This document shows, piece by piece, positions 42,501 to 43,890 of a DNA stretch of 43,890 nt (its first letter is position 1; each line of letters opens with the position of its first letter). This DNA is from Candidatus Nanoarchaeia archaeon (GTDB lineage Archaea; Nanobdellota; Nanobdellia; Woesearchaeales; JAGLXL01). The position numbers were made by a program, and so were the translations under genes. The stretch lies in NCBI GenBank assembly GCA_035289325.1, contig DATDXM010000042.1, positions 1 through 43,890 on the forward strand, in the 5' to 3' direction. Under the pieces are notes generated by a model that was not told the origin of the DNA, searched no databases, and saw nothing but the letters and a program-made list of their open reading frames with translations.

Positions 42501-42648
42501 GAGATGTTGGATTATCACCAATTACGATATAACCAGTAAAAGCATTCGTTGTTGGATCGATAAACATAGATGGATAGTTTTCTAAATTGAATGCAACTGC
42601 TGAAGCAGTCAGGAGTACGATCAGAACAACATAAATCACCCAACGCAT
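39559..42648 (-). CDS. large secreted surface protein: S-layer-type N-terminal module, Cys-rich middle, C-terminal M64-like metallopeptidase domain
   Basis: It has a signal/anchor VIYVVLIVLLTASAVA and NLENYPSMFIDPTTNAFTGYIVIGD (the same module as the N-terminus of 6120..8753). A Cys-rich region spans about aa 440-560. THELGHGIGSLEDEYY matches the HExxHxxxxLxDEY signature of IgA-peptidase M64. Confidence 0.6.
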   Translation of the reverse strand: MRWVIYVVLIVLLTASAVAFNLENYPSMFIDPTTNAFTGYIVIGDNPTSQENDAASDIASQLPTAQTISALRHPDISLPTITIGCDNTVTLSYLRYPDAQTCRDSVPHDGMIRIQRSLTGNPQVIVVGSTDFGTQMAARVLQNRNYLGLSGTTVHVLGTSLSIDEIQIIPERGLPISGTLDLSFANTQPLPLGTGVSSTHVDAGTQLEFSQAGQQLGYMGISFSSAISAISPGAYTFNLLDSGVPTGYISFTYNSGQVEITNIQFNIIGSDVSQWIPSGGAVSKIIELKMDDGTPRGDFTIIFTIYSIEEGFLDFTNQGVLLGAATVTVDSTVPDPIDNNRANFFKGRVTNTQGAPVGGVLVALLGDTIFSFNIQTGDYFGRIIGPLGEPINFLWNGNIVGSSTIQDTSNYRELNFVVDPSQKHYADEDHDSIPDALDRCPGTVESSVNAQGCSCEQLDCPGKCSISITEFSSRPICSESCFDGIMNQDETGMDCGGSCGPCLTCDTPEICMTDSPQFCTSDLTVVNNCATCGCPLDFQCDSDGQCYQEVELQNLICKVNDYEVGTDIDCATFNIQPDEIWVELMGPYGLDEEQARTLIADLRSLVGAEDFKQQALQQIQSYSLASDIAGYILDQFQTNFFQKDFWHQEKVSDYVHINVHGLPSLAAQRYEDKANDIVDKWKACIRTKQSCVQSGTPCDSASSLTRRQEQIKNALKKEMTKRIRGEIPSLGEFLGVSLSPKIDVSRYSTEVPSTATCEPARITPLSGCKNLISNGPSEQKADLLFIGDGFFTESGFRQIISELLDYEGQSFDTDAEGFFSREPLKSIKAKFNIWYIMADGRIQYFEDEDDPSLGVRASDDDLYSLQSFCPHADYTVLLANRGFRSYCYFGTPCVVSMLAEAHPGRLLTHELGHGIGSLEDEYYHFLESRDDPNVVEDLHFNTGPNCMANEQEAQVKWAGLNGISFFEGCGGDCGEQCASYVRPTYNSIMRYQSWKRACMIDAIECQGPPFDDFYAVNEYEILNALSQFS

Positions 42649-43538
42649 TCGCCCGTCACCTCGACATTCTTTACTGCAAATTGGAATGCAAGCGGCTGTG
42701 CAAATTTATTGATTGTTGGCTGTGCATCAACAATGCGGACCGCATCGTGCTTGCGCGTTGGATTGGAAATAAGATAAATGTTTACAAGGCCATCATGAGC
42801 AGCGTAGTCATCACACTTACTTGCAATGAGATATGATTCATCGTTTTTGATTTCTTCTGTAACGTCATTTGCGATTTTATGCAGCAGCCCCAGACGCAAT
42901 GGAATTTGTACAGTGAATGTATTCAGCTCGAATCGGTTGGAATCCCGTGTCAGGAGAAGAGGATAACTTACCGTTGATGTGATGCTTTCTGGAGCGATTT
43001 TAACGGATGATGAGACTCGGAAAACAGAATAGGCAACGGTTGCTTGGGTGAAATCAAAATCAATTGCCTGCCAATCAATCGATGGCTGCTGAATTGTAAA
43101 TTGTTCGCTAAAATAAGATAGTTCTGCACATTTGTGTAATTCAACTATGATATACTTTTCCATTAATCTTTCCATGTCTGAAAGCGTGCGCAGTGTTTTT
43201 GACATCCCATCTACAACAGCAGGCAGCGCAAAATCGCCGAGAAAGAAATGTGACTTTGGATTGACACCATCGCCAGGCTCGCCCCATTCGCGTGATCCGA
43301 GAGCATTCAGATAACCACCGTGCAGCGCAATCGCGTACGCTGCATTCTCCGTCACACGCTCAAGACAAGAAATCATATATTGCTCGACCTCCGCTGTTTC
43401 TGCGCTGAGCACAACTGCCTGCTGCCGCTCTGATTCTGGCTGAATTCCTCGAACGATAAAAACGTATATAATCAGCACTGCGGCGATGAGAATGACAATA
43501 CCGATTAGAATAAAGATAGTTACCTGCCCTCTTTTCAT
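42636..43538 (-). CDS. membrane-anchored extracellular hypothetical protein
   Basis: The start is set at MKRGQVTIFILIGIVILIAAVLIIYVF (ATG at 43538). The track start at 43715 would overlap tRNA-Val. It overlaps the downstream large gene by 13 nt. Confidence 0.5.
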   Translation of the reverse strand: MKRGQVTIFILIGIVILIAAVLIIYVFIVRGIQPESERQQAVVLSAETAEVEQYMISCLERVTENAAYAIALHGGYLNALGSREWGEPGDGVNPKSHFFLGDFALPAVVDGMSKTLRTLSDMERLMEKYIIVELHKCAELSYFSEQFTIQQPSIDWQAIDFDFTQATVAYSVFRVSSSVKIAPESITSTVSYPLLLTRDSNRFELNTFTVQIPLRLGLLHKIANDVTEEIKNDESYLIASKCDDYAAHDGLVNIYLISNPTRKHDAVRIVDAQPTINKFAQPLAFQFAVKNVEVTGECVG

Positions 43539-43693
43539 TGGTTTGGTGAATGAAGATACTGTTTTAAAGGTTTCCTCATCGTTTGAATAAATATATAAAT
43601 CAACAAGAAAAGATGAAGTGAATGGGCCCTGCGTGCCCGTTTGCTCAAGCAATGGAGCGATATGTTGTACGCAGGCAACCCTTCGGAGCAAAC

Positions 43694-43766
43694 GGGCCCG
43701 TGGTCTAGCGGTCATGACGTTTCCCTTACACGGAGAAGGTCACCAGTTCGAACCTGGTCGGGCCCA
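43694..43766 (+). tRNA. tRNA-Val(UAC)
   Basis: Manual fold: acceptor GGGCCCG/CGGGCCC; anticodon stem TTTCC/GGAGA; loop CTTACAC; T arm ACCAG-TTCGAAC-CTGGT; discriminator A. No intron. Confidence 0.9.
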
Positions 43767-43837
43767 TATTTTTTCTCACGGCTTCATTTTTCAGTGGTAC
43801 ACAATTTTTATTAACTGACAATAAATTATTCTTATCT

Positions 43838-43890
43838 ATGACACCTGTTGAGATTATTGCGTTGTTGCTTGCGCTTCTTTTGTTTGTAAA
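43838..43890 (+). CDS. 5' end of a membrane protein gene (partial, runs off the window)
   Basis: ATG followed by the hydrophobic MTPVEIIALLLALLLFV.. Only 17 codons are visible. Confidence 0.25.
   Translation, partial: MTPVEIIALLLALLLFV

Noticed and set aside
42636-43715. Track start (43715) of the 359-aa minus-strand ORF
   Set aside because: The first 59 codons overlap tRNA-Val and its GC-rich leader and translate to an Arg/Ala-rich tail. The internal ATG at 43538 precedes a typical membrane anchor.
1-43890. CRISPR arrays, retrons or DGRs, and autonomous IS elements
   Set aside because: No regularly spaced direct repeats were seen. No reverse transcriptase, Cas, transposase, TnpB or integrase-like ORF appears in the six-frame track. 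The inverted-repeat-flanked hairpin elements therefore cannot be called retron msr/msd or IS ends from this window.

Overview
The window is an archaeal chromosome segment. Evidence: archaeal-type ribosomal proteins S8e, L37e, L44e and S27e; aIF2-alpha, aIF6, Nop10, GINS, prefoldin alpha, an Sm protein and deoxyhypusine synthase; a tRNA with an intron at the canonical 37/38 position; and TATA boxes about 25 nt upstream of many starts. It is AT-rich, compact and full of toxin-antitoxin (TA) genes, which fits a small-genome (DPANN-like) archaeon, but that assignment is inference.

Core blocks:
- lspA to S8e, a response regulator, Sm and L37e (0.5-3.5 kb)
- an S-layer protein (6.1-8.8 kb)
- GINS, L44e, S27e, aIF2-alpha and Nop10 (17.5-19.8 kb)
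- PAC2 and rhomboid (25.4-26.8 kb)
- FtsY and prefoldin, an arginine-to-putrescine gene set, then deoxyhypusine synthase, aIF6 and ScpA (29.4-39.5 kb)
- two large surface proteins and tRNA-Val (39.5-43.8 kb)

Accessory content:
- two MNT/HEPN pairs, VapBC, HicAB, a TumE-like pair, RelE-like and GNAT toxin-like genes, several of them decayed
- a SelO-like pseudokinase-fold protein
- a decayed type I R-M locus (hsdM 3' remnant and truncated hsdS) carrying a tightly overlapping operon of four uncharacterised genes

The most unusual signal is non-coding. At least six related, visibly GC-rich elements are built from short hairpins (3556-3700, 5324-5527, 12759-12955, 16350-16738, 35605-35945, 35955-36304). 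They share termini and a hairpin module with compensatory base changes. One copy is flanked by a 9-10 bp duplication, and two copies truncate toxin genes. I could not assign them to any RNA or IS family I know.

The second candidate is the four-gene operon inside the R-M remnant. No CRISPR array, rRNA, reverse transcriptase, transposase or integrase gene was seen. All calls come from reading the sequence and ORF track by eye; no database search was run.
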